A stretch of DNA of 57,798 nucleotides from a virus. Taxonomy: Duplodnaviria; Caudoviricetes. Every line of letters starts with the position of its first letter. Within the stretch, counting starts at the first letter, position 1. A program made the position numbers and the translations under genes. The notes under the pieces were generated by a model. That model worked only from the letters and a program-made list of their open reading frames with translations. It searched no databases and was not told where the DNA came from. The DNA lies in IMG/VR virus record IMGVR_UViG_3300032893_000052, positions 1 to 57,798 of that record. The stretch is one strand, 5' to 3'. This document shows positions 18,327-29,250 of this stretch, piece by piece.

Positions 18327-21300
18327 TCAGATCTTTCGGATATTCAAGCCTATGTCAGCTGCAAGAGCACCTAGTGAGCCTGTAGCGGGAGTGGAAGGAG
18401 CACCAGCGGAAGTACTCTCTGTCAGAGAGTAAGCCCGCGTCCATTCCGTGGCAGCAGCAGACCCAAGCTTTCTAATGGCAACGCCTGCAGGGCTCGAGGT
18501 ACCTACTGGTACGTTGGATGCACACACGTTACCCACGCAGTAGATATTAGCATCCACAGTGGGCAGTACAATACCATCGGATGACAGTGAGTTTGTAGTG
18601 GAACCGAAACTGCACATGTTTCCTGTGACAGCTCCAGAAAAACTCTGTGACTGACTGACATCTATGCAGTTGGCGCCTACAGTATCAGATGCGATCCACA
18701 CACTGTTTCCACTCAAAGCGAATCTCAGACAATTGGTAATCAGTATACCGTTTTGTACACCTGTACCAGACAGGACAACAGCATTGCCTGTGATCGAGCA
18801 TGCAATGGCAGCAAACGCCCATATACCAATTGCAGCTCCGCTGGCGAAACAGCTATTGCCAGAGATCGTACATGCAGGCACACGGAACGTGACTCCAAGA
18901 CCACTAACAAAAATGCCGCGTACAGTGTAGTTAGAGATCACATTACCAGTAATGGCTACGCGACCACCACCGTACGTGATGTTTCTGTTCCATTGAGTCC
19001 AGATACCTGTACTTGTAGCTGACCCACCACAGTCAATCGTATTGCCATTGATGGTCACGTCTGTGACTTCAGGTGTGTCGGTGCCTGTATCGAAGTCAAA
19101 TATAGCGATACCAGTGAAGGTATCCGGTGCTAGAGCAATTGAGTTGTTGTTGATGCAGGTGAACTTACCTACATCAGTGACCATGATCGCAGCACCTGTA
19201 CTGTTCTTTACTGTCCTGATTATGTTGCCTGTAATGGTCAAGCTGTTGTGATTTACAGTAGTGTTGGTTGGAGATCGTGTGACTAGTATGGCTCCTCTGT
19301 TGAGAGCTGCAGTACCGCTGACGCCTACGTTGTCAATTACGTTGTTACTGATAACTACGCCGTCGCAGTCCTCTGTACGGATGGCACCGTAGTATGTCTG
19401 CGTGCCTCCGTTGAATGCTATGAACGCGAAGTTGTTGTCAATAATCTGGATGTCGTTCCCATTACGTACAGACACAGGAAGTACAATGTTTGGCGCTGTG
19501 ATCAGTTCAAATATGTTTCGAGCAATGATGGTGTCGCGAACTGTGGACGCGTCCAAGAAACGGAACCCAAACACATCGCTGCTTGCACCACCGAGCTTTC
19601 CCATACCGCTGAAAATATTGTCACTGAAAACACAGTCGATGATTGCAACGGTGTCAGTCTCATTGACAATGTCAAACCCAGCTATCAGACCACGATCACC
19701 TTTATAGTTGATGAACTTGTTGTGAGTGAATACAGAGTTCTCGACATTGATGGCTGACGTGTTGCCGACAAATGTAATCGCCGTGCGACCATTGCCTGTG
19801 CCATCAAACGTGTTGTGCTCAATCACACAACCAGAGCAGGCACCGAGCCGTATACCTTCGTCGAAGTTGGTAAACAGACAACCGCGTACAACACAGTCTA
19901 CCGGAGACACGAAACTCATCGCAAGTTGCGTATGCGAATCATTGTTACCGCTTTGCGTGATAGCGCAGTTGACAAACGATACGCGTGTGCAGTCAGTGGC
20001 ATTCACGAATGTCTGGTTTGTTCCAGGAGCAACCGACAGACCAGCGCTAAACAGCTTGTCAAACTCCACATCCGTGCAGTCAGACAACTCTATTTGGTTG
20101 TCACCTACCTGCATCTCACTATTCAGGAACGTGCCATTACTGCTTCCAGTCAATTGTAGACTGCCTAATGTGACTTCACCAAAGAAGCCACAGCTGTCTG
20201 CTGTGAAATTCGTGCAGTTCTCTAGAATGCACGCGTACAGTAAGGGAGCTTGTGTTGTGAACGTACACGCAGAGAAACTGAATGAGTTACCGCCGGTAAT
20301 GTGGCAAGCAGCATCGGTAGCACTAGTGGATCGTGACGCAAACTTGCAGCTAATGAACTTGTACAGCTCAACAGAAGCGTTCCAGCCATTAACACGACCG
20401 TTGAACTGAGTGTTAATAGCACAACCACTAAACACGTTACCTGTAACGCCGTCGATGATGCAGTTACGGAAGCACAAAGAGGCTGACTGACTCTGGATAA
20501 CAGAAGAGTCAGTGTGTACGGTAGTCAGTGAAATCGCGATACTATCAAACGTATAGTCAGAGTCACCGATGAAAACAGTCGTAGGACTGTTGATTGTTGT
20601 GTTTCCAGCGCCCTCACCCATGATCACGCAGTTAGCTGCAAGAAACGGTAACGGAGCAGTGAGCGTATAGTTACCTTTCTTGACCAACAACGAACCTCCG
20701 CCGCGGGAGACAATGAAATTGACAGCAGCAGTCAAAGCCGCATCGTCAGAGCCGAGCTGTTGAGAGTTGAAATCACCCCAGCTTTCACGTCCGGTACCCA
20801 CAGTTACCGTGGGAAGGCGTGACGGCAGCACGCCACCGGCTGGATCGTAGTAACGGTTTGCCCTAGCAAATGAGGTAGCGAGCGCTGGATTGGCGTCACC
20901 AACCGGCGGCGAGTTGTTGCCTATTGCGGTACTGCGAGCTGCGCCGAACTTCAATTCTCGTAGCTGGGCAGACAGCCAATCCACCTCACGTTTGAGTGAC
21001 GTGATGTTGACGTCTGAGCGCGCATCGCCAGTCTGTGTGGGATCGAGACCGATGTAGTACCCAGCGTCTGAGTCCGCTTGGAAGAATCGCGGACGTTTGT
21101 CAGACGCATCTCCATATGGAATGAACAATGACGGAGACACACCCACAATGATCACACGTGTGCCCGCAGCGTACGTACTGACTGGAGGTGTGCTGACATT
21201 TAGTATGTTGTTTGCACGATCATTGGATGTGATAGCCAGTGTCTCACCCGAATTAGCCGGATCGAGTTGCACAGACCCAGTGTCTGGCATGTCTCTCGTA

Positions 21301-21935
21301 TCCAACAGCTTGAGCTGCGCGATTCCAGGACCAACAACCGCACGAAGGACGTCCGTCCTAGCAGCAGCTGCTATGCCTGTGATTACTCCACCAAACACTG
21401 TTACGTTAGCTACTGGAATCTTTGTGCTGTTAGGATTCGAGTCAACCTCAAACCCTGTTGTCGACACAGGGGAAACGATCTGCCAATCAGGCGTAAGCCG
21501 CGTCGCTACAGGTTCCACAAACTCGCGTCCCTTAGGACGCTGGTCACCAGAAGGATCTGATCCGTTATCGAAAGACGGATCCCAGAACCCACGAGCATCT
21601 GTGTCTGACGCTGACTCTACGAACACCACTTCTAGAGAGTATGTGGCGGCGCTGTTAGGCAGTGTAATAGAGCGTTGGGCGTCTAGATCGTCTTCGTTTG
21701 TGACCAACTGACCGGAGCGGTCAAATGCCACACCATTGTGAATAGTCAACAGACGTGCACTGGTGACTTGGTTTGCGATTGCCACACGAAATCCAGCTAT
21801 GACAGCTGGCATGTTGTTGAGGATGAAATCCTGCAGCTCTTGCTTCTGTCCGCCGCGCGACAGCCCTGTTGTCTGTTGCTCAAAATCGTCAATGTCAAGA
21901 CGCTCATTAGGCAGCGTGTTCATTCTCTTTGGCAC
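18327..21935 (-). CDS. Baseplate-anchored tailspike with right-handed beta-helix (pectin-lyase-like)
   Basis: GGGSLLVKKGNY...IMGEG entry motif followed by many I.GN/I.NN beta-helix rungs. Confidence 0.8.
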   Translation of the reverse strand: MPKRMNTLPNERLDIDDFEQQTTGLSRGGQKQELQDFILNNMPAVIAGFRVAIANQVTSARLLTIHNGVAFDRSGQLVTNEDDLDAQRSITLPNSAATYSLEVVFVESASDTDARGFWDPSFDNGSDPSGDQRPKGREFVEPVATRLTPDWQIVSPVSTTGFEVDSNPNSTKIPVANVTVFGGVITGIAAAARTDVLRAVVGPGIAQLKLLDTRDMPDTGSVQLDPANSGETLAITSNDRANNILNVSTPPVSTYAAGTRVIIVGVSPSLFIPYGDASDKRPRFFQADSDAGYYIGLDPTQTGDARSDVNITSLKREVDWLSAQLRELKFGAARSTAIGNNSPPVGDANPALATSFARANRYYDPAGGVLPSRLPTVTVGTGRESWGDFNSQQLGSDDAALTAAVNFIVSRGGGSLLVKKGNYTLTAPLPFLAANCVIMGEGAGNTTINSPTTVFIGDSDYTFDSIAISLTTVHTDSSVIQSQSASLCFRNCIIDGVTGNVFSGCAINTQFNGRVNGWNASVELYKFISCKFASRSTSATDAACHITGGNSFSFSACTFTTQAPLLYACILENCTNFTADSCGFFGEVTLGSLQLTGSSNGTFLNSEMQVGDNQIELSDCTDVEFDKLFSAGLSVAPGTNQTFVNATDCTRVSFVNCAITQSGNNDSHTQLAMSFVSPVDCVVRGCLFTNFDEGIRLGACSGCVIEHNTFDGTGNGRTAITFVGNTSAINVENSVFTHNKFINYKGDRGLIAGFDIVNETDTVAIIDCVFSDNIFSGMGKLGGASSDVFGFRFLDASTVRDTIIARNIFELITAPNIVLPVSVRNGNDIQIIDNNFAFIAFNGGTQTYYGAIRTEDCDGVVISNNVIDNVGVSGTAALNRGAILVTRSPTNTTVNHNSLTITGNIIRTVKNSTGAAIMVTDVGKFTCINNNSIALAPDTFTGIAIFDFDTGTDTPEVTDVTINGNTIDCGGSATSTGIWTQWNRNITYGGGRVAITGNVISNYTVRGIFVSGLGVTFRVPACTISGNSCFASGAAIGIWAFAAIACSITGNAVVLSGTGVQNGILITNCLRFALSGNSVWIASDTVGANCIDVSQSQSFSGAVTGNMCSFGSTTNSLSSDGIVLPTVDANIYCVGNVCASNVPVGTSSPAGVAIRKLGSAAATEWTRAYSLTESTSAGAPSTPATGSLGALAADIGLNIRKI

Positions 21936-21948
21936 GGCAGAACTCCTT

Positions 21949-24465
21949 TCACGGACGCAAGCAAGTCTTGAGTAACTGTACTTCTACGCCAGCAGCGCGG
22001 ACCAGGTCCACCAAACTCGCCACACAAGACACAGGTGACGGTGGCATTCGAAGGGGATAATCGAACCCATCGGCGGACGGGACACTAGATCCAGGGCTCC
22101 AGATCACTGATTCACCAACTGTGTACCCATTGAGAAACACGCTGGGCTCATCTAGTGTAAACGTACCCGCATCGCGGCTCTTATAGTCAACTGTAGTTGG
22201 AACACCAGCATAGAACTCAATATAGTCACCAACGCTAAAGGTTCCAGCCATCGGCGCAGTGAGTGTTAAGGTGTCAGTAACAGTGTTGTTAGCACTGACC
22301 AACGCCCATTCTTGAGTAGGAAGGCCTTGCCCAATCAGAATTGGATAAGGAAAGCTGAGAGGAAAATCCGAACTATCAGCAAACGTCAACTGTGAAGATG
22401 ATGGTATACCAGTAATACGACGTCGTATCGTCAATCTGTTTGCACCAAAGTTCAGCCATAGTGTCCCAGACGATGGAAACACGGTCGCAGAACCTGGGTT
22501 GACTACCAGTTGCGTTACAAGGATTTCCACAGGGTGTCCTACACGCGTAGGAGTGTATCGATCACCAAAATGGGTCAATGTCAACGTATCAAAAGTCATC
22601 ACGTCATTCAGCAGTTCTACTGTCGCGCCGATGCTGTGAGGTGCAGTGACTGCAAACTGTAAGGTCAGTGTGCCTGGGGCCATGTTGTTGTTTTGATCTA
22701 CAAACAACACTTCCTCCTGCGGCAGGCCTCTGCTGACAACGATCCGGTACCTCGCAGGATGAGAACCGTCGGAGGAAACAGGAAGCCCTGTCGTATCCAT
22801 GCAGGTCAGCGTGGTGTCTCCGATCAAAGCACCAACCGACAGCGTTGTCTTTCCGTTTCGCGCAAGATGAATCGCTGTTAGGTGATTGTCTTCCTGGTAT
22901 CCTGTGTCGCGCCCTATGCGCACGACATACGGAGCAACGGGTGTAGGCCAATCAAACGCATTCCGCACTTCCAGACACGTACAACCGAGTGTCTGTGTGA
23001 ATGCAACAGACGTGGGATTTGGAATGGCTACCGGATTACTACCTATGCGCGAAAACGTAGTACGCAACAGTGATGGTGCGTTTCTGAACTCATCATACAG
23101 ATACGGACCCGACCACTCCGGTCTAGGGTTGACGTCTCCAGAGCTTGTCCTTAGATTGCCCTCTTCCAGATCCGTACCAGAGTAATTTTGCGACGCAGCT
23201 AAGACTACATCACCAATGTTGAATGTAGTTCCTGCTGCGTACGTCAGTGTGATAGAAGTAGCGTTGAACGCGGAGTACTGCAAATATGTTGTACCAGCTA
23301 CTAGGATGGCTCCTGTGGGGTACCGCAAGCCTGACGTGGTTACGACATGCAAAACCGTATCAACAGCAGATACAGGCGCTGTGAGTGTCGTGTTGAACGC
23401 GCTCGGAGATGCAGCATGTAGGAATGAGGCATCAGTTAGACGCAGACTGACAGTGTTCTGATCGAAGCAAATCTTTACCTTCTGTGGCTCTGTCTCATAC
23501 AACTCCCACGGCACACCAAACTGAACCACTTGCACAGTGCTGACGACGGCTCCTGGCGTTACTAGCTCTACGTACTCAGGAGTTGTGCCGCCACCCACGT
23601 GCGCGTGAGCCAGTGGTGTACGCAATGTAAGTACATTGTTGACAACATCATTGGCCGTGAACTCTACGACTTCCGCTGTCCCACCACCAGTGTTGATCCG
23701 CACAAAGCCCGTGTTAGGAAATGATCTTGTTGCATCCTCGTCGAACTGAAAGAACGTGGCTCCAGCAGCTACACTGACGAACAGTGGGCGAACCAAGAAA
23801 TCTTTCGGTGTAGGACCAGTATGTGCCTGCGTGGTGTTGCCAATCAGCGTAAGTGTGTCTGTGCTTGTGTTGTTGCCCGAAACAACCAGCAACTCTTCTG
23901 TAGAAAGACCTTTGTCTACAATGATTGCAAATTGCCCACTGGTTGGAAACGCATCTGTAGACTTCAGCACCAATGTGTGTGAGCCTGCTGGTGTATTGTT
24001 GACTACGTACGATGACACCTCAACTACAACAGGATGTGCTTTGGTTAGGGTAGTGCTGAGAAACACCTTGCCATTCACTAAGTCGCGATAGCAGAAATCC
24101 ACTGTTTCTTCTGACGCGAGACCAGGATCAATGACTATACGACCAACTTGAACCAAGTCTTGTGACGACAGCACCTGTATGTACGGGTCACTAATCGCAG
24201 CGTCTTCAGCAAGGAATGCTGTACGTGTGTGTTGTGGACCTAAACACACCTCAAGCAGCTTGAAGAACACGTTACGCACCTGCTTGAAGTCAAGCATTAC
24301 GCTCTTCGCGAGCGCGCGCCATTCATCGTCATCTATGCCCGCCAACGGTCTGTCAAGACCGAGGTTGGATGTGACAACGTTCAGACGGACGTCATCAGCT
24401 GTGTCCAGAAACAGCTGATCGCGTACCTCTTGAATCGCGCTCTGTTCTTTCTCTCTACAAGCCAT
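21949..24465 (-). CDS. Baseplate wedge protein with repeated small beta domains
   Basis: Follows baseplate J. N-terminal LFLDTAD...LGLDRP...DDEWR and C-terminal LVRAAGV, with about 6 repeats of S..FP...I..G...EE...N...LTL...H.G. Confidence 0.7.
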   Translation of the reverse strand: MACREKEQSAIQEVRDQLFLDTADDVRLNVVTSNLGLDRPLAGIDDDEWRALAKSVMLDFKQVRNVFFKLLEVCLGPQHTRTAFLAEDAAISDPYIQVLSSQDLVQVGRIVIDPGLASEETVDFCYRDLVNGKVFLSTTLTKAHPVVVEVSSYVVNNTPAGSHTLVLKSTDAFPTSGQFAIIVDKGLSTEELLVVSGNNTSTDTLTLIGNTTQAHTGPTPKDFLVRPLFVSVAAGATFFQFDEDATRSFPNTGFVRINTGGGTAEVVEFTANDVVNNVLTLRTPLAHAHVGGGTTPEYVELVTPGAVVSTVQVVQFGVPWELYETEPQKVKICFDQNTVSLRLTDASFLHAASPSAFNTTLTAPVSAVDTVLHVVTTSGLRYPTGAILVAGTTYLQYSAFNATSITLTYAAGTTFNIGDVVLAASQNYSGTDLEEGNLRTSSGDVNPRPEWSGPYLYDEFRNAPSLLRTTFSRIGSNPVAIPNPTSVAFTQTLGCTCLEVRNAFDWPTPVAPYVVRIGRDTGYQEDNHLTAIHLARNGKTTLSVGALIGDTTLTCMDTTGLPVSSDGSHPARYRIVVSRGLPQEEVLFVDQNNNMAPGTLTLQFAVTAPHSIGATVELLNDVMTFDTLTLTHFGDRYTPTRVGHPVEILVTQLVVNPGSATVFPSSGTLWLNFGANRLTIRRRITGIPSSSQLTFADSSDFPLSFPYPILIGQGLPTQEWALVSANNTVTDTLTLTAPMAGTFSVGDYIEFYAGVPTTVDYKSRDAGTFTLDEPSVFLNGYTVGESVIWSPGSSVPSADGFDYPLRMPPSPVSCVASLVDLVRAAGVEVQLLKTCLRP

Positions 24466-26297
24466 CAGTTGACGCTCACCAATGAAGTACCTGCAGCATC
24501 GATAGGTCTAGGCAATTCATTCTCAAGCACGACAACATTTGACGTAGGCAACGATACAACCACATCTGCTACACCAGTGACTGACATGACTCTGCGAATG
24601 ATCTCAGCCAGTACCACATCCGCGCCTATACCAAGTCCATTGATGTAGGCCTCCACAGTCTCACGAACAGATGGAACGAGGTCTTGCTCCTGAAAACCAT
24701 GCTTCGCTGATATTGCCAAACGCACACTCACTCTTCGTATGACTGGAGTATCTGCTATGACTCTCACGCCACCGGCGCGAAGCCCGGGATAATTAGTGGG
24801 ATCAGTCGGATCTCCGTTGATGACCTTCTGAACTTGAGCAATCAAACCTGTATAGTATGAGTAGCTCGCAATCACAGCTGAGCCAGCTGCGACACCGGAG
24901 CCTATGAACTCAATCTGACCTACTCCTCTGTTGAGGAAATAGTCGGTGTCTTCTGTCATCAGTTGAGGATTCTGTGAAGGCGGCTTGACCCACAACCGGA
25001 ACGAAGCACGCACGACAGGAGATTTGCTCAAGTCGAAAAACGACTCACCCGACTCGGCATTAGATGTCAGTTGGTCAACAACAGATACCTCAACACCAGC
25101 TATGTGTGCATGGGCGGTAATAGTCGCCAACGTCACCGTATTGGTAGCGTAGTTCACTGCTGTGAATGCTATGATCTCCATCTTGGACAAGTCACTAGGT
25201 TCAATGATCAGTACACCCTGCGACGGGTAGTTCGACACGTCATCGAGCACAACGCTCGATGCTGCTATGCCTATGTTTGTGTGCAAAAACGTACGTGCAA
25301 GCTCAACCTCATCCGGCGTGAAGCCTGTACCGTCATCCACGTATACAGTTACCTCATTCGTTACGAACGACTCGAGTACGTTGGACGTGGTCACGCGTTG
25401 ACTGGTAACAGGATCCTCTACCCCCAAAACACCCTGTTGCAGTGTCAATACTGTACCGCGGGACAAAGACTGAATGGAAGCAAATGCACGGTCTCTCAGC
25501 TCGTCATCACTCTCAATGTCACGACCACCTGAAGTGTTTGACTGATTAGTCAGTGCCGCGCCATCGAACGGAGGGCTAGATACGAATTGCGTTATTTGCG
25601 CCGTACCAACATTCCCGGCCGTACCAGGGATCTCTGCCCGTACTTTGATTGGCGTAGAACTGAGATTACCTGCTACCAGTGTGCCTGTATCTACAGACAC
25701 AAACACAACAGCAGGACTAGTAGATGTTGCAGGAACCTGTCCACGTATGCCTGGCACAAGTTGAATGTTTGTGCCTGACACAACGGACACTCTGTCACCG
25801 ACGCTGTGGCTATTATTGAGAGCTGATCCAAAAGTCAATTGTCCTGTCGTGGTGTTGTTGCCTGTGATGGTGTTGTCTTCAACCAACGTGGTACCTTCAC
25901 CAATCCTCACATTCACAGGGAATCCAGACGTAGGAAACTTAGTAGAGTTTCCTACCAACACTGTCGTCGCGCCAGGAATCGTGTTGAATGACAGCGTAGA
26001 AGTGACAAGGTTACCATTCTGAATGACAATGTATCCAGTGGCAGACTGAGGCTGCAGTCTCACTATGTTGAAGTCAGCGACACGATCATCAAGATCCTGT
26101 CCAGTCGATGATGACAGTCTGAAGGCGTCAAGCAGTTGCACCATCTGGAAGTACTGCTCATCGTCTTCTAGCGCAGCCGCTTCAATGATGGTTCGAATGA
26201 CTGATCCTACCTCGAAGTCAGTCAAGTCTGTCTGCATACGCACGTATGCAATTGCGTCATCACGGATTTCTTCAAACGTGCGTGGAGTGAACGACAT
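24465..26297 (-). CDS. Baseplate J-like wedge protein
   Basis: TDFEVGSVIRTIIEA, A.G.DLD, PGTAGNV, GGRDIESDDELRDR, LSRGT, YINGLGIG.DV. Confidence 0.92.
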   Translation of the reverse strand: MSFTPRTFEEIRDDAIAYVRMQTDLTDFEVGSVIRTIIEAAALEDDEQYFQMVQLLDAFRLSSSTGQDLDDRVADFNIVRLQPQSATGYIVIQNGNLVTSTLSFNTIPGATTVLVGNSTKFPTSGFPVNVRIGEGTTLVEDNTITGNNTTTGQLTFGSALNNSHSVGDRVSVVSGTNIQLVPGIRGQVPATSTSPAVVFVSVDTGTLVAGNLSSTPIKVRAEIPGTAGNVGTAQITQFVSSPPFDGAALTNQSNTSGGRDIESDDELRDRAFASIQSLSRGTVLTLQQGVLGVEDPVTSQRVTTSNVLESFVTNEVTVYVDDGTGFTPDEVELARTFLHTNIGIAASSVVLDDVSNYPSQGVLIIEPSDLSKMEIIAFTAVNYATNTVTLATITAHAHIAGVEVSVVDQLTSNAESGESFFDLSKSPVVRASFRLWVKPPSQNPQLMTEDTDYFLNRGVGQIEFIGSGVAAGSAVIASYSYYTGLIAQVQKVINGDPTDPTNYPGLRAGGVRVIADTPVIRRVSVRLAISAKHGFQEQDLVPSVRETVEAYINGLGIGADVVLAEIIRRVMSVTGVADVVVSLPTSNVVVLENELPRPIDAAGTSLVSVN

Positions 26298-26299
26298 GG

Positions 26300-28123
26300 T
26301 TATCGCCTTGCATCAAAGGATATGCTGACAGTCTGGTCCATTCCTGCCAAAACAAGATCAGCTGTAGTAGTGAACACATTTCCATCTACGTGGAATGACA
26401 GATTCTCCACACTACCAATGCGTGTGTCGGCTAAAAGGCTTGTGCGCGCATTCAACTGGAAACCAACAATGCTACGAATCAATGCCTTTGTACCGAGTGG
26501 GTACTGAAGACCGAACTCCGGGTGCGTAGGAAGTGTGTTCTGTTCAGTCGAAAACTTGATTTCTATGGCTTGCTCCATGTTCGGCACGCCTTCAATCCGA
26601 TCTACGTCACCGCGCTGATTGCGTGCGATGTCGAACACTGATTGTGCACCACCGACGGAATTAGCGATGAGCAAGAGATCACGACCCAGACGAGCTACAA
26701 AGTCGTCTTCAGGTTGCTTTGACACCGCCACACCAGAAAGTGGCGCGCTTCCACCTGTGACCGGTACAAGGATAGTGTCACCTGGCCTAAGAACAGAGGA
26801 TCCATCTCCTGTAGGGTCTATGTAAGGGGGTTTCAGATCGTTGGTTATGACAAGCTCTTTCCACCGTGCCTTATCACCCAGCAAACGCTGTGCAGCTGTG
26901 AATATATTCTCACTCCCCATTATGGTTGCGTTCACTGTAGCGTTGCCGGCCGATACGTTCTGTAAGTCAGTCGGACTGCCTCCAGTGTATGGAGGTCGGC
27001 TGTTGTTGTCTGTGTTGCGGTACGCAGAGGAGCGTGTGTTTAGCTTTTGTGATAGTGGCTGTGAGAACAAGCTATCTTCCGCTACGACACGTGAAACAGC
27101 GCGTTGGATGCGTTTTGCAGCTTCCCTAGCAATGATCAACTGACTCGAAATGCCGTGCTCACGGTACAGATCCATTTCTGTCGTAAAGTTGCCTAGCGAC
27201 TCATACATAGACAAGCTGTTTATAGCCAGCTGTACGAGAGACGTTCTAGGTGACGTAATCAACAATCGAGAGGTTGAAGACGTAGGAACGCTAGTCAGCG
27301 CATTGAGCAGTGTGCGCGTAGGGATCAGTATGTTGTTGATTGTTGCTTGCGCTATACCTGTAATGCGGTCACCAATAGCATTGAATGTATTCAGAGCAGC
27401 CGACAACTCTCGTACAGCTTGAGCCATACGCCCATTGAACGTCTGCAACGCGTTCCGGGTGAGCATGACATCGGTCTTAGGCTCTGACCTGAATGACAGT
27501 TTGCTGATCGTTCGCAGCTGAATATCGTATGCAAACGTCAACGGACTCGATGACTCTCTGCGAGTTTTGAACGAGATAGGCTCTACGAGATAGAACTCAC
27601 CTTCTTTGCCGTTCTGCCACACCATTATGGTGTCCGCTGACGTAGTCAGGTCTTGTACAGCGTCAAAGTACGCACGGAAGAGATTACGCAGGTCAATGAA
27701 GTCTTGGAATCCGCTTGACTCACCTCGCGGCAATAACGTCCTGGGATCAGACAACAGATTGAATGGATTAGGAGCGCTAGGAAGCGGAACACCAACAATC
27801 GGTATGATCAATGGACCTGCTTTGTTGGGGCGCAGTCCAGTAGTACCTGTGATGTTGACATTCTTGTAGATAGACCCCTGACGCTCAACAAACTGACCGC
27901 CATCTTGTGTGGGGGTGATTGTGACTGCAGCTGGTTCTTCCAAGTCAATCGTCTTTGGGTTGACCTTGAACACGAACTCCTGCGTAGCCACCTGCTGTAG
28001 CGTTGCTTGGCTTGACGTAGCGAACTTCTTGTTGAGCACAGCCAGCGCATACAATCCATCGCTGTCTGATCGTGAAGAAATCAGCCAGTTGCGTAGGTCT
28101 GCAAGCGAGCGTGTGTCAGCCAT
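26300..28123 (-). CDS. Fused tube-initiator + LysM-like + gp25-like baseplate protein
   Basis: N-terminal FVFKVNP...ITGTTG. Central AAQRLLGDKARWKELVITNDL...LRPGDTILVP is LysM-like. C-terminal NMEQAIEIKFSTEQNTLPTHPEFG is GPW/gp25-like. Confidence 0.75.
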   Translation of the reverse strand: MADTRSLADLRNWLISSRSDSDGLYALAVLNKKFATSSQATLQQVATQEFVFKVNPKTIDLEEPAAVTITPTQDGGQFVERQGSIYKNVNITGTTGLRPNKAGPLIIPIVGVPLPSAPNPFNLLSDPRTLLPRGESSGFQDFIDLRNLFRAYFDAVQDLTTSADTIMVWQNGKEGEFYLVEPISFKTRRESSSPLTFAYDIQLRTISKLSFRSEPKTDVMLTRNALQTFNGRMAQAVRELSAALNTFNAIGDRITGIAQATINNILIPTRTLLNALTSVPTSSTSRLLITSPRTSLVQLAINSLSMYESLGNFTTEMDLYREHGISSQLIIAREAAKRIQRAVSRVVAEDSLFSQPLSQKLNTRSSAYRNTDNNSRPPYTGGSPTDLQNVSAGNATVNATIMGSENIFTAAQRLLGDKARWKELVITNDLKPPYIDPTGDGSSVLRPGDTILVPVTGGSAPLSGVAVSKQPEDDFVARLGRDLLLIANSVGGAQSVFDIARNQRGDVDRIEGVPNMEQAIEIKFSTEQNTLPTHPEFGLQYPLGTKALIRSIVGFQLNARTSLLADTRIGSVENLSFHVDGNVFTTTADLVLAGMDQTVSISFDARR

Positions 28124-28125
28124 GA

Positions 28126-29250
28126 TTACTTCGTCTTCACAGCCTGACTCAGGTGTGAGTTAGGGTTGAACGATGTGATTGCTGAACTGAGAGTTGGGGT
28201 AGCGCTCGCAACAGCAGCCTGCAGTGATGGAGGCGTAATAGGAGCCGCTGCAATAGCTGCAGCAACCGCTGTGACCCATGTGCCGAGAGCAGACAACAGC
28301 GTCGCCGACGCAGCCGCCCAACCTGTGCCTTTGATGACCGCCTCCACCGCGTCAGCTGCCCCGAGCAAAGTCTGCGTCGCAGCGATGATTGCGTTGTTCT
28401 TGGCGGTAAGCGTCATGTCTCCTTGCTGCGCTGTGACTTTGACGTCTTTTCCCGCAGAGGCATCGATCAAGTCTTTGGTCACCATGATCTTGGTGTTGGC
28501 GACCGCCCTCTGCTGATTTGGCTGTGCGTTAGGTGGCCACAAAAAGTCCGGCTCGTCAGGGTCCCCCAGCACTGCCGGATTCCAGTTCAGCTCAAGCTGA
28601 GCGCTGTCCTTGACGGTCACACGCACATGGCCACCAGACGCACTAGGAGCGCGCTGGCCGTTACGAAACGGCTGGTCTGCCTCACTGGTATCCAGGAGCA
28701 CGGTACCGCTTGAGGTGACTGCCATGCGCGTACCTTGAAACCTCCGCACAAGACGACGTGCTTGCTTCAAACTGCCGTTGACACCACTAGTTAAGTTGTC
28801 ACGTGTGTTAGCTGCATGAGGCCACCAACAAGTCATGAATGGCTGGTTGATGGACCCTCCAATGAACGACACAACGCACCAATCGCCATCTAACTTCGTA
28901 ACTGAAATATCTTGCAAAGAACTCTTGACAAGCGACTCATCTATAGATCCTGTGACACCTTTTGGAATCTCTTCGGAGAAGTTATCGAATCCGCTGCTTC
29001 CCCTCGGTGTGACCACCACGCTAGGCAAGATCCATGGGCTATCACTACCGTCGTTTACGACAAGCACACGTGCTTCTACTTGAGTTCCTCGTCCGTCGTA
29101 AGCAACGTTCGATGATCGGTTGAGATCGTCATCCGACGCGTACACATTCAGCACAATACCCAACACAGGATAGTATATGTGCTTGTCGGCATAGTCGCTT
29201 GCCTGGAAACGCAAAGCGCCTTGCGAAATAGTGCCTGAACGCGTACGCAT
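28126..29250 (-). CDS. Baseplate central spike (gpV/gp5-like OB fold)
   Basis: GDWCVVSFIGGSINQPF OB-fold motif, short beta repeats, and position after the hub gene. Confidence 0.7.
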   Translation of the reverse strand: MRTRSGTISQGALRFQASDYADKHIYYPVLGIVLNVYASDDDLNRSSNVAYDGRGTQVEARVLVVNDGSDSPWILPSVVVTPRGSSGFDNFSEEIPKGVTGSIDESLVKSSLQDISVTKLDGDWCVVSFIGGSINQPFMTCWWPHAANTRDNLTSGVNGSLKQARRLVRRFQGTRMAVTSSGTVLLDTSEADQPFRNGQRAPSASGGHVRVTVKDSAQLELNWNPAVLGDPDEPDFLWPPNAQPNQQRAVANTKIMVTKDLIDASAGKDVKVTAQQGDMTLTAKNNAIIAATQTLLGAADAVEAVIKGTGWAAASATLLSALGTWVTAVAAAIAAAPITPPSLQAAVASATPTLSSAITSFNPNSHLSQAVKTK

